A stretch of DNA of 64,000 nt from the human T2T-CHM13v2.0 reference genome, Homo sapiens. Shown in pieces: positions 29,992 to 44,391 of this stretch. The DNA lies in assembly GCF_009914755.1 (NCBI RefSeq), contig NC_060940.1. One strand, 5' to 3'. The position numbers and the translations under genes were made by a program. The notes beneath the pieces are model-generated. The model did not search any database. It saw only the letters and a list, made by a program, of their open reading frames with translations, and was not told the origin of the DNA. Numbering within the stretch: position 1 is the first letter of the stretch; every line of letters begins with the position of its first letter.

Positions 29992-30351
29992 TGCTATTGA
30001 CTGAATGTTTGAATTCCCTGCAAATGCATTCCTAACCCCCAATGTGACTGTGTTTGGAGACAGGGTCTTTAGGAGGTAACTGAGGTTAAATGAGGTTGTA
30101 AAGATGGGGCCCTGAACCGATGGGACTGGGGTCCTTATGAGAAGAGGAAAAGGGGTCCCTCCCCATGGAGGGACGACCACAGCGAGGCAGCAGCCGCCCA
30201 CACGCCAGAGAAGGGGACTCAGAGGGAAGCCTTGCTTCACCGGCACCTTGATCTTGACTCCTAGCCTCCAGAATTGTGATAAATAAATTTCTGTTGCTTA
30301 AGCCCCCAAGTCTATGGTATTTTGTCACGGCAGCTCCAACAGATTCAGATG
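29992..30351 (+). mobile_element. MLT1A-like MaLR LTR
   Basis: tgctattgactgaatgttt...ccagaattgtgataaataaatttctgttgcttaagcc. Confidence 0.8.
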
Positions 30352-30428
30352 CTCTCCCTCCTCCCTCTCATTCCTTCCCTCCTCCGACTCCCCAGCACCA
30401 GAGGTCCCGGACTTTCCCGTTGCAATTC

Positions 30429-30441
30429 CGCCATCTGCTGG
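30429..30441 (-). promoter_or_regulatory. CTCF core-motif match
   Basis: Reverse complement CCAGCAGATGGCG fits the CTCF core; motif match only. Confidence 0.45.
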
Positions 30442-30550
30442 TCGGTCTCAAGATAGCAGGCAAGGTCCGTGCCTCGGAGCCGGTGTCTCCTCTAGGGTAG
30501 CCCAAGGCAAGGGTGGCCCTTCCACAGCCAGCACCCCACCCCCCTCCCAA

Positions 30551-30903
30551 CGCACACACTCATACACACAAGCACACATGCAAGAGCACAAATGCGCATA
30601 CTCATACATGCACACAGGCGCACACACACACACAATGCACACATGCACGTTTACACACACACAGACACACACACGTGCACGCGCACACTCACACTCATAC
30701 ACATGCCCACACACATTTACACTCACACACACATGCACATTCTGGCATATGTGAACACACAATCACACTCGCACACAGACACATGCACATTCTCACACAC
30801 ACATTCACACATGCAAACACACTCATACATGTGCGCACAAACTAATATACATGCATTACACAAACACCTATCACCCACTCCACTCACATATCACACACAC
30901 ACA
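30551..30903. repeat. Degenerate (CA)n / CACATG low-complexity repeat
   Basis: ~350 bp of alternating purine-pyrimidine sequence; source of the His/Thr-rich and Cys/Val-rich junk ORFs. Confidence 0.95.
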
Positions 30904-31801
30904 TCCCCAGCCAAGGATGAGCCAAGCTGGCTTCTCACCACCCCCTGGTTTGCCCTCCGTATACATTTCCCCAGACATCTCAATTCCTGACGAATGGGCA
31001 AAACTTTTATTGAGCCACGCGCTTCTTAAAGTCAGGACCACGGCCAACTCCTCTCCTTATCAACCCTCATTGCCCGCCCCACTCAGTGCCTGGCACGCAG
31101 TAGGAGTGCACCAAGTGTTCAATGACTAAAGGAGGCAGTTCTCTTTGGGGGACTGAATTGGTTTTCAACTCTTTGGGGCTGTGAGCTCAGAAGCAGGCAT
31201 CTTCCTCCTGGTTGGAGCTCAGGCTCACAGGCAGGTGTCCCCACACTTGAGCCCCTGCACACAGCCCCAGGCCACCTAAGGGGTAACTGACGAGAGCATC
31301 ATCACCTGTCTCATTAGAATGGCCCCAAACCAATCTCTGCAAACCAACTCTGAGTGGGGACACACATCTCTTGCTTTGTCACTTGGCAAAGCAACTCAAA
31401 GGGAAGGAAGACACAGTGGCTGTCTCCACAGTTCAGCTGCCTGGGAGGTGCTGTTATCTGATGGGCTAATGAAGATGGATCTATCCAAGGGGAGAGGGAA
31501 CCCCAGCTTCACTGTGCAACCTTGAACCTCCTCTGTGGCCCTAGTTTCTAAATCGGCCCAGTGAGGCTGGGGAAGATGAGGCTCCCAGGCCTGGCATACT
31601 CAGCGCAGGCTCACTTCAATCTCTGGAGGGAGGGCCAGGCTGAGGGTAAGGAGAAGATGGCCCACCTCAGGCTCAGCCTCAAAAGGGGAGTAATGACAGG
31701 ATCATGCACAGCAAGCACTGCCCATCTTCCACTGCCTGTGCTCTGATATGGCTCAGTACAGTGACCACGGTTACTGATGTTGTCTTTATTTAAAATTTTG
31801 A

Positions 31802-32156
<355 letters not shown>

Positions 32157-32159
32157 TTA

Positions 32160-32612
32160 CATCAATGAAAGTGAGTACTCAAACAGGTACACGTTCACCT
32201 ATGTTCCTGGCAGTGTTATTCACAATAGCCGAGAGGTGTCAGCAACCTAAGTGCCCATGATCAGATGAAAGGATCAACAAAATGTGGTCTATCCACACAA
32301 TGGAATAATAAGCAGCTTCAAAAGGAAGGACGTCCTGACTCAGGCTACAACACTGCTGGACAAATCCTGTATGATTCCACTGCTATGAGATACCTAAAGT
32401 CGTAAAATTCATAGCAACAGAAAGTAGAATGGTGGTTGCTGGGGAGGAGGGGGAATGCGGAGTTTTTGTTTAATGGGGGAGAGAAAGAGCTGGGAAGATG
32501 GGTGGTAGTGATGGCTGCAGAATGGAAATGCACTTACTGCCACTCAGCTGTTCACTTTAAAATGGTTACAATGGCTAATTTTATGTTATGTGTACTTTAC
32601 CACAATAAAAAA
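32160..32612 (+). mobile_element. L1MB-like 3' end
   Basis: atgttcctggcagtgttattcacaatagcc...ttatgtgtactttaccacaataaaaa. Confidence 0.8.
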
Positions 32613-33953
32613 TGCTGCATGATTTCTTCATCTTGATTATTTATCTCCATTACTGAGGTTTTTTTTGGTACCCTCTTGAATTTTATGCATGAGTTGGGAG
32701 CTTCCTGTCTCGCCCATGTCCGGCCTTGAATTCCCCATATCGTCTTCATTTTACAGAGGATGGGGCTGAGCCTGAGGAATGTGAGAAGTTAAGAGGCCTG
32801 CCCAAGGCCATCTGGCAAACCAGAGGTGAACCAGGAATTCAAAAGCCAAGCTCCCAGCTGAGGGCTTAGTCCAGTACAGCTCCCCCTGCTGCCCACCCCC
32901 AAGAAGCTTCCAGGGAGCTCTGTCTACACCACCAACCTTTGCTGCTCCTAGAGGGGAGACTGACTCCACAGGATAGGGCCTCACTGGACCCAGAACTCCT
33001 AGAGTCCAGCTGTGCCCACCCCTTTAGAAGATAGGCTCCACATCGACCCCACAGAGAAAGTTCTGGGCAGATGTGGGGCTGCTGGGCAAATGGGGAAATC
33101 AAACTTGGCCAAGTCCAATTTTTGCATTCTCTGGCTGTGACAATGGCTGCAACTTGTGCCCCTTCATCCTTCTCTTTTCCTCCTTCACTAACAGAATCCA
33201 CATTTTCTAGCTAGACACAGGCTGCTGGGAACAAAGCCCTCATTTCCTTGCTTCCTTTGCTGGCTGTGGCTGCCTGCGACCTTAGATCTGGCCAAAAACC
33301 CAGAGTCAAAGCATCATGTACAGCTTCAGAGAAGTGTCCTTATAAAGAGCAGTGCCCCCTTTCCTCTCCCTCCCTCATTCCTGCTGTCTGGGAAAGCAGG
33401 CATGATGGCCAGTGCACATACCGCCACATAGGAAGAAGCCATGAACTGAGGACAGTGGAGCCCAGGATAAAGGGGGCTTGGGCCAGCCCTGGCCCACCGA
33501 TCTGCTCTCTTCTGTTTGAGTCTTGGGTCTCAGCAGGACACAAGGCCATATGCCCCGTAACAGCAGCCACCGTGGCTTCCGTTTCCACAGAGCAAGGCCT
33601 GTCTCTCACGTAGATAATTCTCTAGTCCCTGCTGGTCTTTCCTGGAACACTTCCCAGTGAATCACTTTCACACAAGTCCTCCCTGGGTGGATTTCTGGAA
33701 GCCCAACATAAAGACTTCCCTCCCCTTCCCAGCTGGTCTTTCATAGGCCACATAGTGTCCAGTATAGCTGAGGGCCAGCTCTGGATCACCTCACCCTTAA
33801 GTGAAGACAGAAACTTTTACCAAGAGTAAGTCACTGCCATGTGCACTTGGGCAAGCCTCCTGGCCTTGGTGGCTTTAAGTTTCTCACCTGTGAAATGCAG
33901 ATAAAGCCAAATAAGAAAGCAGGCATGAACACGTTATGTAAAGTGTAGAGTCA

Positions 33954-34606
<653 letters not shown>

Positions 34607-36215
34607 AGGTACTTATTTGTATGATCCGGTGAGTGACCAATCTTTAAAACCAACAGCTCTCCACCAAATCAGTGATGGTCTCTGAGCCCAGGATGTGTAT
34701 TTATTTCCAGCAATTCTGGCTGAGAGATCCATCCCTCAGACTCTTCTATAGGGAACGTGCCCTGAATGTCCTCTGTGCAGCACCAAGACTGTGGGGACCA
34801 GCTTGTCCAAGGTGCCGAGGACCTGCCTGCCCTCCACAGCCGTCATCACATTAGCCATTCCCCAGATGACCCCACACCCTCACCCATGGCCACCTGGCCT
34901 CTGCCTGCAGGCACCCTGCATGCCGCCAGTTCTGCTGCCTTCTCAGCCAGGTCTCCTCGCTGGGCGAGGAAGTGACAAGGTGCTGGGGCAGCTCCCAGAG
35001 CAGCCTCCTCAGCAGGAATGCAGGGAGAGGGTCCTGCCCCCAGGGTGAAGGGCTGGGAAGGAAGGAGAGGGAGGACACTGTGGGGAGTGGGGCTGACATG
35101 AGCAACTCCCTGCTAAGGTGTCCCCAAACCCACACACTTCACACTTTTCAAAGCACTCCCTGTCTACACAGTCTCCTTATCCCCAGTGAGGAGACAAGAG
35201 TTCAGAGACTTCAGAGGGCGTGCCAAGGTCACACAGCAGTGAGAGCGGTGGTGTCCCTCCTCGTCTTCTGATTGCAGGATACTGTGTCCGCCCACCTTCA
35301 ACATTCCTCAGAATGTGGAAAATGGCCCAGATACTCAGGCCCTTGGTGGTAGATGTAGGAAGGACAAGAAAGGACACGTACCTGCTGACCATTGCCCTGC
35401 TGTGACCCAGCCCCTTAAAGAAGGGCCTGGACAGATGTAAAGGCAGAGGGAGGGCATCTTCCTGGGGCTCCGGGCCCCACAATGTGCCCCTCCCAGAAAC
35501 CTGGACCTAGCTTAGTTGAGGGGATGCCTCAGTATCGACTTTCCTCTTCTGATGCTAGCACCCCAATCCTGATTTGGGGAACCATCCCTCCTCATGGGAT
35601 ACATTCTGAGTCCCTTGTCAAGGGTCCTGCCCTCCCCTGACAGAGGATTGTCCTGTGACCAGCAACCAAGCTGGTCAGCTATGTCCCCACCAAAATTCGA
35701 GCAGAGGGACACACAGATGCCACAGCCAGTGGAGGCAGATGACACATGGCTCTGCCCCCAGCTCGGGCTTCCCAAGACCCAGATTTCCACACTTTCCTGC
35801 TGCTCTGAGAGCTACTCCAGCTCCTTCCAACAAATGTGTTTGGTCCAAGTGAGTCAGGGCCAGTGGCTGCGGCTTGCAACCCCAGTGCCTGCCCAATGGC
35901 CCAGCCAGCCCCAGCAAAGAGAGACTTGGAGGAGTTCAGACCCAGCTGGCCACAGGCCCACAAGCCTTGTATGAACTTTTCCTGTTGGACCATGGGGAAT
36001 TGGAGGGGGGTGGCGGGGGGGCAGCATTCATGACACTGAAGTCACAGCTATTCCCAATCATGTAGGGTGGCACTTAATCAGAATCAGGAACCAGGGAACT
36101 GGGTTAGAAGGCAGGACAGAGTGGGAAAGGGGCAGCCAGCTACCCAACCCGCACAGCTCCAGGGGTGCCAGCCCAGGGTCCTCCATGGAGACGCAGAGCC
36201 TGAGCTGCTCCCTGC

Positions 36216-36614
36216 AGCTCTGCCTGGAATGCAACATGGGGGCAGCTCCCACCTGCCTTTCAGGACCCCCAGCCCTCCCTGCCTCAAGGTCTCATGGCTC
36301 TCAGTCCCCACCTTCCTTCATCTGGAAGGAGCCCCTGGGACATTGGAGCCAAAATCACAGCTCAGGCTTATGGCCCTTCCTTTCCTTCCTGGGCAGAAGT
36401 GCCTCTCTGCTTTGCAAGCTAATAGCGTCTTTACTATTTCCCACATGCTTACTGTGTTGAAAACTTTATGTGGATTAATCCTCACCACCACCTGGGAGCT
36501 AGGTGTTATTATTAACCCAAATGTTGCAGGTAAGGAAACTGAGGAAGAGAGGTTAAAAATTGTGTCCATGGTCATACAGGAAGTAAGAGGCAGAGCCGTA
36601 TGGTGCACTCTGGC
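36216..36614 (+). repeat. Donor of ~400-bp local inverted duplication (unique sequence plus MIR); copy at 37881-38279
   Basis: Hand alignment to the reverse complement of 37881-38279, roughly 80-85% identical, extending ~200 bp beyond the MIR part. Confidence 0.93.
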
Positions 36615-37781
36615 AGCCTGGTTCTAGCACACCCTTAACCTTTGGACCGCACCGCCCTAAGATGAAGAGGGCTCTGTCCTCTCTTCCAACCCTGAACTCA
36701 ACCCGAGACTCCACCCAGGACCTATGGCCAACTCCCTCCCTTCTTGCCACCTTCCTGACGTCTCATCAGGCTCAGCCTCTGCCTGCACAGTGGTCCCCAA
36801 ATGCTGACAGCACCCCCTCCCTTCCTCTGCAGCCCCACCCTGCCCAGCCCTTGCAGTGATGGCCACCCCTTCCTCCTCCCACCAGGGTCCTCTTTCACTC
36901 TCTCTCCTGTAAGCTTTAAACAAGAGGCACAGCTGGGAATCTGCTAGGCAAACTGCTGGGACGCCTACACTGGGGCTCCCAAAGCCCCCTGCCGGGGCCG
37001 GCCGCCGGAAGGCAGACATTTGGAGCTTCTCAGCTGACTCCAGCAGAGAAGTCACCGCCTCATCACCGACTGCCACCATGCTGTGATTAGTTAATCACTA
37101 AGTGCGTGGGGCTTTTAATTAACTGCCAGCCCTGCACGGGCAGCTGTTCCACGAACCACATCTGATCATGGCGTCCCCAGTCCGGGCTGATGGAACAGTT
37201 CAATCGCGCAATTGACGCTTGGATATTTTGATGCTGCAGGGATGGCAGCTGCCACTTCTGCAGCCCTAATGGAAGCCACCAACCATAGGATAAATAAAAT
37301 ACCATAGGAAGGAGGAAGAGAGCAGATATGAGGTGGGGGGCCATCAGGTGCTTAGGGGAGAAGCAAACTCTGCCCAAGATATGTGAGTGTGTTACCAGGA
37401 TAATGTTTATCTATTTATTAGAACTAAACTCGAACAAGTCTAAGGAATAAAGAAACCTAGAGGTGCCACATGACCAGAGAGTACAAGAATTCAGGCATGG
37501 CTGGATCCAGGAGTACAAATGAAATTACCAGAGCAGATGGGGCTTCAACTGTCAGAAGGGCTGTATTTGCAGGCTCTACAAAATCAACTGAAGCTCGGGA
37601 ACATATTTGAGACACAGAGGAGACAGGATGTTGTCACGTCCCCCCCTCCATGGGCGCTGCCTTTGCTTCCCTCTGATGCGGTCCACTTCTGGACCTCGAA
37701 ATAATTCTGTCCCTACTTCTGCCGTAGGCTTCTCACATTTAATTTAACCATTCAGCCACATGTCTGTGTTGTCCAAAAGAC

Positions 37782-38384
37782 TAGAATTTCCCAACTTCAG
37801 CACTATGGGCAATTTTGGCTGAAAAATTTTTTGTCATAGAGGCTGCCCCGTGCCTGGCAGGGTGTTTAGCCGCATCCCTGGCTGGAGTGCACACCACAGC
37901 TCCCTTATTGCCTGTGTGACCAGAGACACATTTTTTAACTTCTCTTCCTCAATTACCTTACCTGCAAAATTTGGGTTAATCATAACACCTACCTCCTAGG
38001 GTGGTGGTGAGGATTAATCCACATAAAGATTTTGAACACAATAAGCATATGGGAACTATTAACAACACTATTAGCTTGCAAAGCAGAGAGACACTTCTTC
38101 ACAGGGAAGAAAGGAAGGGCCATAAACGTGAGCTGTGACTTAGGCTCCCATATCTCAGGTGATCTTTCTAGGTGAAGAAAGCTGGGGACTGAAAGCCACA
38201 GAGCCTTGGGGTAGGGAGGGCCGGGGCAGCACGAAAAGACAGGTAGGAGCTCCCTCCAGGTCGCATTCTAAGCAGAGCTCCACAGGTGCCAGTAGCACCC
38301 ACCAAACCAAAAATGTTTCCAGACATTGCTAACTGTCTGCTGGAGGTTGGAGGGGGCAAAATCACCCCCGAATGAGAGCTCCTG
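37782..38384. mobile_element. MER20 hAT-Charlie MITE split by an inverted local duplication
   Basis: Left part ...ggtgtttagccgcatccctggc (to 37882); right part ccacaggtgccagtagcaccc...ggggcaaaatcacccccgaatgagagctcctg (38280-38384). The two parts are nearly contiguous in the MER20 consensus. Confidence 0.88.
37881..38279 (-). repeat. Inverted copy of 36216-36614
   Basis: Shared blocks such as ctttatgtggattaatcctcaccaccacc and ctctctgctttgcaagctaatag. Confidence 0.93.
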
Positions 38385-41300
38385 CAGGGCAGCGTCTATC
38401 TCTGGTGCAGGGCCTGGCACCCACGGGGTCTCAGTGATGCTTTGTGGGAACAGGTGAGAGGGAAGAGGTGAAATAAGTGCAGCCATGGAATACCAGGGGG
38501 AGCTGAACACGTGGGCTCACACGCTACAGAGGGAGACCCGTGTGATGCTATGTGTCCCATGCACTGAAAAGATGAATGCTTGTGCTGGGTCACTGAGAAA
38601 CTCCTCTGGCACAGCAAAATCGCAGATTCGGAATTGGAGGCGAGTGGGTGCTAAGAAACTGAGCAGCAGCAGGGAAACTCAGACTCAGGGAGTGGAGGGG
38701 CTTGGGGGTGGGAACCCAGCCCCCCATGTTCTCTCTGCAGCTCCACACCACTGTTCACATGCACCAAAACAATGGCGGCTGGCAATTTCATATGCCAGGT
38801 ACTGCTGTAAGCACTTCACACCTGTGGCCCGATTTCAGAACTCTAAACAGTGATCTATGAGATTTGTCATATCGTTTTATCCCATTTTACAGAGGAGGAG
38901 AGGGAGGCAGAAAGGGTTTTATTGCTGTTGTTTCTGTACTTGTCAAAGATGCCCAGTGGCAGAGCTGGGATTCAAATCTTAGTGACTTGGCCCCAGAGTT
39001 CATGCACATGCCTGTTACACTCCATTAGCCCCTGTCAGAGGACAGAAAAGCTGGCCTCTTTTTTTGCAGGACTGCATAGACAAGATGCCTCTGGGGACAA
39101 GAACTGGCAAAACACCTATGTGAAGCTTTTCAAAGGAGCTGGCAGTTCCATCATGAGGGCCTTCCCCATTGGGCTAACTAGAAAGGGCTGTGGATTCGAG
39201 ACCTGGGGAGTTGCTTCAATTCTCGACCCTCCACTGATTGGCTGTGGCACCATTGCTTCCCTTCCCGGGCTGCAGTCTCTTCAGCTATGCAATGAGGAAA
39301 AGAATTCCAGTTTCCTGAGAAGCAAGAGAAATGGGGACTCTGTTCCCTGCCACTGATGGGACCTCAGTCAGCAACTTCACCTCCTTGACACTTGATTTCT
39401 CCAGCTATCATGTGGGGATTATAATACCTCTTTTGCCAGTTCGTTGGGAGGATTAAATGAGAAAATACATAGAAACGTCTAGCATAGTGCCTGGTTGGCA
39501 GTGGGTGAGACCACAGCGCCCAAAAACCAGTATCAGCCTCGTATCACACCCCAGATGTTTCCTCCAGGGCCTGGCAGCCTTAATCCCAGCCCCAACCCTC
39601 ACTCTCAACCTAACTCTCATATCCTAGGGTCAAACAACAAGAAAGCTGGGACACCTATGAGCAGGGGTCAGCTCAGCCTCCTCTCCCCACTTCTATGCAC
39701 AAAGACTTCACAGCCAGGGCTTTTTTTTCAAGGAGAGAATTGCAAGGCTGGTTCCGCAGGATGGCTTCCTATAAAACAGAAAGGCAGCCTCCGGCATCCC
39801 TTCCTGCAGTGTGCACCGCCATAAGAGGCCACTCCCCTGAGGGCAGCGGAGGGTTGGGGGTTATTAGTACTTAAATTACAATGATTATAACCAGACTGGG
39901 ACTTGTCAACCAGGCCACCAGTATGGAGCAGGACTAGCTTAAGGTGGCCAGACTAAACCACCCCCGCTTGATCAAGTTGCCCAGAATCTGGGGTCAGTCA
40001 CCCTCTGTCTACCCACTGGGCCAGACTTCTAGCCTACCAGGCTGGGCTTTCTCTAGGAGACTGGTAAAAGAAGGAAATGAGCCCTGAGTTATCATCCTGG
40101 AGCAGGACAAACCCTCTGAGAGCCTATGCCCAGCCCCAAAGCACCTCCTCATGGATTCTTGCCTCCCTGCTCCAGCTGTGGTGATGATGACCTGCGGGAG
40201 GAGGAACCAGGGTGAGGACATTGCCTGGACTTTGCTGAAGTTGTTTCTGTGCTTATCCCCCTGCACTGGTCCCCCTGGTCTGGCCTTCCCAGGGCCTTCA
40301 TTCTGTGCATTTCAGCATCACTCCCACCCTTGGTCATCATAGGCCCATGTGTTTGTCCATGTTCTGTATGAAGCACCTACTGTGTGCCTGGCACTTGGTA
40401 GAGACATCTCATTGGATGCCCACAGTTGCTCGGCATAGGGATTATTATTGACTTTATTTTACAGAACACAAAACTTAGACCAGAAAGGTTAAGCATCCTG
40501 CCTGAGGGCACACAGCTGGCACATGGTGGATTTGCCTACAGAGGCTGTGCTCTTAACTCTGATGCTCTGTCATCATGCCTTGAGTTTCTGCAACTTTGCA
40601 AAGCCCTCGGTTGTCTCACGAGCACCTCCACAAGAGAAGCAAGGGTGATGTCAATGCCATTTTGCAGATGAGGAAAATGAGGTCTATGAAAAACTGGCCT
40701 CCCTATAGTCATGAGATCAGGAGGCCCCAAGGAAAGGAACAGAGTCAGTGAATCCCCTGGTGCCCAGCCCTGCACTCTGCCCACTGCCCTGCCTAGCCTC
40801 TCTGTAAATCCCTTATCCCAAAGGCCTCCCTCTCCCTTCTAGTCCCCTTGTGGAATGCAAGAACAGGTGCACCAGAGAACTTTCCAGGTGTTCCCAACCC
40901 CTTAGCCTTTTCCTCTGTCCTGCAAGTGGCAAGCAGTGAAGTGTCAGGGTTTCACTAGCAATGAGACCTAGAAGGACCCTTAGCCTCAGTCAGCTCAGGT
41001 ATGCACTGGAGATAAACCCCCCACGTAATGAGAGCCTAGAAGGAGATGGGGCTTGAGCTCAGAAAGGTGTGAGTTCAGCTGCGCCTCATAGTAACTGACA
41101 GCCTGGGTGAACATGTGTCTTGGAGCCTTGGGCTCCAAACCTATAAAATGGGGTAAGAATCTCTACTTCTCCAGATTAAAGATAGGGAGATACAACTTTG
41201 TCCTTGTAACAGTAAAGTGGGTGGGATTATTACCTAATCCAGGGGTCACAAACACAAATGTCTTCAAGGGACAAGCAGATTCCATAAATGGGTGAAGCTG

Positions 41301-41411
41301 GCCAGGTGGGATTATAGCAACAGGTAGCATCCCCACTTTTCATGGGGGCCAGTGCTATCTAGGCCCAGTCATATCAGACTGTTTATTTACTTAAACAAAT
41401 CAGAAATCTGA

Positions 41412-41412
<1 letters not shown>

Positions 41413-41447
<35 letters not shown>
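41413..41447. repeat. (TG)n microsatellite
   Basis: About 17 perfect TG units inside a MER102-like element. Confidence 0.97.
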
Positions 41448-41450
<3 letters not shown>

Positions 41451-41512
41451 TCCCTGATTTCTAAAACACTTTGCAGGTTGAATAAAATACATGTGTGAGC
41501 TAAATATCACTT

Positions 41513-41871
41513 TAATATGGTTTGGCTGTGTCCCCACCCAAATCTCAGCTTGAATTGTAATAATCCCCATGTGTCAAGGGTGGGGCCAGGTGGAGATAAT
41601 TGAATTATGGGGGTGGTTTCCCCCGTACTATTCTCGTGGTAGTGACTAAGTCTCACGAGTTCTGATGTTTTTGCACGTGGGAGTTGCCCCCACCAGCTCT
41701 CTTGCCTGCCACCATCCATGTAAGACGTGACTTTGCTCCTCATTCATGTTCTGCCATGACTGTGAGACCTCCCCAGCTATGCGGAACTGTGAGTCAATTA
41801 AACCTCTTTCCTTTCTAAATTACCCAGTCTTGGGCATGTCTTCATAAGCAGCGTGAGAACAAACTAATACA
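41513..41871 (+). mobile_element. THE1 (B/C-like) MaLR solo LTR nested in a MER102-like hAT element (about 41240-41895)
   Basis: taatatggtttggctgtgtccccacccaaatctc...gtgagaacaaactaataca. Confidence 0.9.
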
Positions 41872-42892
41872 ACTTGCACCAGTTTGCAACCCCTAATCGA
41901 ATCCTTTTCACTTCATAGCAGAAGGGCAAGACTAAAGAGGGAACATAGCAAGCCCAAGGTCATCCAGTGAATGGACACAGAGCCCAATAGGCCTCATAGA
42001 ATATCCCTGGCTCCTGGATCAGCCTGATTTCCACAGTTCCACATTGCTATTTGCCTGGTCTTTAACATCACCCTCGCAGGCATCCAGCCCCAAGGCATGT
42101 GCCCCCTGGGAAGCCAGTAGTCTCCTCAAGGGCCCTGCAGAGCCAAGGAAGGACATTTCTAGGGCAAAAGAGACTGCAGGGCTCTGAATATGTAAATCAC
42201 AGCACACTCCACAGCACATCCATCCTGCGGCCTAATTGAGACATTTGCTTGGAATGTCCTAGAAAATAGGGCAGATGTGGCATTCCAAGAGTCAGAGCCA
42301 CTCGCCTGAGATGCCCTGCTGAGACAGGGGGACCAATGGCTTTTCTCTGGAACTTAGACCAGCCACAGGGAAGCCAGTTCTCACTAATAAGATTATATAT
42401 TCTTTAGATGGTTTTTGTTTATTGCAATGATACTGGATATTAAAACAGCAGAAAGTAGGACAAAATAAAAACAAGACATCTGCCCCATCTCTTCAGGAAT
42501 TGTGCAGCACCAAGGTGAAAAATCCTGTGGATTTCACTGCCATGAACACCCCAGGGCTGGAGATGTGTTCAGACCTTTCTCCACTTTCAAGGCCCTCTCA
42601 TCCTTGAGGGATGACTGCTGCCTGAGCCCTGTTTCTCAGACTCTTCTCTTGTGGAACCCCACTGGACTGGGGGCCAGGAGAACTGGGTTCAAGTCCTGAG
42701 TGTTCTTATTCCCAGCTGAGTAGACTTGAATAAGTAGCCTCCCCATCTCTGTGCTTCAATTTCATCTGCAGTCACTTGGCCTGATGTGCCTCCTAGCTGT
42801 GGTGAGGGTTGAACGAGGCATAGATTGCAGATCGGCCTGAGCAGGATCACATGAGTTTTGTCCAAATAATAATAAAAAAAAATTAGCATGTC

Positions 42893-43193
42893 TTTTTTTT
42901 TTTTGCAACAAGTTCTCACCATTGCCCAGGCTGATGTGCAGTGTCACAATCATAGCTCACTATAACCTTGAACTCCTGGGTTCAGCCTCCTGCTTCAGCC
43001 TCCTGAGTAGCTGGGACTATCGGTGCACACCATCACACCCAGCTAATTTTTAATTTCTTGTATTTTTTTTTTGTAGCTATAAGGGTTTCATTATGTTGCC
43101 CAGGCTGGCCTCAAAACTCCTGGCCTCAAGCAATTCTCCCACCTCAGCCTCCCAAAGTGCTGCTACAATAGGCATGTGTCATCGCTCTCAGCC
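42893..43193 (-). mobile_element. AluJ element
   Basis: Antisense degenerate Alu, within a second MER102-like element (about 42817-43870). Confidence 0.88.
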
Positions 43194-43217
43194 AACATTT
43201 CTTTTCAAATTTGTTCC

Positions 43218-43623
43218 TGTTACAGTTTGGACATTTGTCCCCGCCAAATCTCAGGTTGAAATGTGATTTCCAATGTTTCACCTGGTGAAAGGTGTTTGGG
43301 TCATGGGGGTGGATCCCTCACGAATGGTTTGGTGCCACCCCTGAGTTAATGAGTGTGTTCTCGCTCTATTAATTCACATGAGAGCTGGGTGTTTAAAAGA
43401 GCCTGACCCCTCCTCCTCTCTGACTCTCCTTCTCTCATCACGGGACACACTGGTTTCCCCTTCTCCTTCTACCATGAATACAAGCTTCCTGAGGACTTAC
43501 CAGAAGCCAAGCAGATGCCAGTGCCATGCTTCTTGTACAGCCTGCAGAACTGTGAGCCAAATAAACCTCTTCATAAGTTACTCCACCTCAGGTATCCTTC
43601 ATAACACAAAATGAACTAAGACA
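43218..43623 (+). mobile_element. MSTB-like MaLR solo LTR
   Basis: tgttacagtttgg...aactaagaca; TSD gttcc/gtttc. Confidence 0.85.
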
Positions 43624-43904
43624 GTTTCCGACTAGTGTCACATATAAATCAAAATTTCTAGCTTCTCAAAAAAAAAAATCAGAAGATCTAGCCACACTGG
43701 GCTCACCTTCCCACATGGCCACAACAACCTGACACCAAGTGACAGCCACCCTTTTAGGAAGGGCATGTAATTGACAGTTCACTCCACTCCACACACTCCC
43801 TACTGCCTTATACTCAGCCAGCTTCACTCCTGTATGTCACATGCCTGACACTTGAATTTGAGACCCATGGCCTAGCACAATAGATATGAAAAGTCTTCAT
43901 ATTG

Positions 43905-44327
43905 CCAACCTCCAGCATCTTGCACCCCTTTCCCATGATTCTTTTCTTAGTGTGGGCTGCCCATGTGCACTGTGCCCTCTTTACCCTTGGGAGGTGAGCA
44001 CACGTAGTGTGTCTAGGAAGTTGTATGCATGCCCATCTGAGGCTTTCTTCCCTTTTCCTGTGGTGTGCCCCTGGAAGGTTATACTCCACCATTTTATCTC
44101 TTAATGCATGTGCCCAGGAAGTTGCTTCTCCCTGGTACCTGCATTCAGTTAACACTTTACTGCAACAGAGGTGGGCCATCAAGAAATGGCCTCTCCCTAG
44201 TGCTAGCTGCCAATTTATCACTTTTAGAGATGCAATGTGATGATTGCCAAACCATCACCCAACATCCCTAGTGCGTTGGGGAGAGTCTGCTCCTTCCCCA
44301 CTCATGCCTGTCTAACTATGTCTAACA
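43905..44327 (-). mobile_element. MER50 LTR (5' part, truncated)
   Basis: Reverse complement begins tgttagacatagttagacaggcatgag... and follows the recalled MER50 consensus. Confidence 0.75.
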
Positions 44328-44391
44328 GTACCAGATGACCATCTGGGGCATGGTGGGCCTGGCCTTTGGTATCTTTTAAAATAACAAAGAA

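Noticed and set aside
30314-30990. His/Thr-rich and Cys/Val-rich ORFs
   Set aside because: Translations of the (CA)n-like low-complexity repeat.
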